Origin: Chromera velia
Lineage: Eukaryota
Length of the DNA stretch: 51,617 bases
Assembly (NCBI GenBank): GCA_018398765.1
Contig: JAHBMJ010000263.1
Coordinates: 1-51,617, forward strand
Direction: 5' to 3'
The position numbers and the translations under genes were made by a program. Below the pieces are notes generated by a model. That model ran no database searches. It was not told the origin of the DNA and saw nothing but the letters and a program-made list of their open reading frames with translations. Shown here piece after piece: positions 51,065-51,617 of this stretch (the first letter of the stretch is position 1; the number at the start of each line of letters is the position of its first letter).

Positions 51065-51291
51065 TCAATCAATCAATCAATTCGAGTCTCTACTCTCGTC
51101 CGACATCGGGAATAAGACTAGTCAGGGCATGACAGATGCAAGAACAGGTCTATGCTGGTTGGAGACTGCCTAAGAAACGAGGGATACGTTTTTCAAGTCG
51201 AACTCCCGTCACAGAACGAGTAAGAAATTCGGAAAAGGACCAATCTGGTCAGTGCTCGCGACTTTAACAGTTTGACGAGGAAAGAGAGAGA

Positions 51292-51314
51292 ATCATCATC
51301 ATCATCATCATCAT
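51292..51314. repeat. AT(CAT)7, right copy of the putative target-site duplication
   Basis: Matches (CAT)8 at 41754-41777. Confidence 0.7.
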
Positions 51315-51617
51315 GATATATAAGGGCCACGCAACGAACCATGTCAATTCAATTCGAATTTTGCAGTTGTACTTAATAATATTCTATTAGGGCCAATAAT
51401 GAGGCTAAGACGACCAAGCAACGCCACTCTCGCTACTCTTGTTGTGAGCGTGAGACAGTGTCTCTCTTGTGGGTCACAGGTTGTCAGGCTACAAATACAA
51501 AGTCCACAATCCCTCCCACTCTCCGCCTGCGTATTCACCCGACAAACGAGAACCAGGATGCTACACCAACTGCATTAGTGCGTAGTGTGTCTCCTCTCTC
51601 TGTCTCTCCCCCCCCCC

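Larger units (their letters stand above)
41778..51291 (-). mobile_element. ~9.5-kb APE-type non-LTR retrotransposon (LINE), apparently full length, inactivated by point mutations
   Basis: Coding region ~51064 to 42123: N-terminal ORF1-like part, Pro/Ser-rich linker, Cys-rich repeats, APE, RT and CCHC finger. A short (AAT)n-like 3' tail lies at 41778-41793, and (CAT)n tracts abut both ends. Confidence 0.88.

Overview
Intron-rich, microsatellite-rich eukaryotic DNA. Splice style, low-complexity protein inserts and clustered TGCATGCA motifs suggest an alveolate of the apicomplexan/chromerid kind (inference only). Host genes reconstructed from GT-AG splice sites are a 7-exon Patched/NPC1-family transporter (-), a multi-exon P4-ATPase flippase (-), a 2-exon 82-aa His/Cys-rich protein (+), a bacterial-looking SDR oxidoreductase (-) and a 6-exon AP-3 sigma subunit (+). 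Mobile DNA comprises a ~9.5-kb non-LTR retrotransposon bounded by (CAT)n tracts, a CRE-type endonuclease remnant, an RTE-type 3' remnant with a C2H2 finger plus chromodomain, and a 253-bp MITE with an 8-bp TSD. The strongest signal is how the transposons are broken. Ten of 11 internal stops in the large element are TAA/TAG, its 4.25-kb APE-to-C-terminus region has no frameshift, and conserved Trp (TGG) and Cys (TGT) positions read TAG and TAT. TpA-rich islands surround the repeats. This is the CpA>TpA/TpG>TpA pattern of fungal RIP, in what looks like a non-fungal genome.
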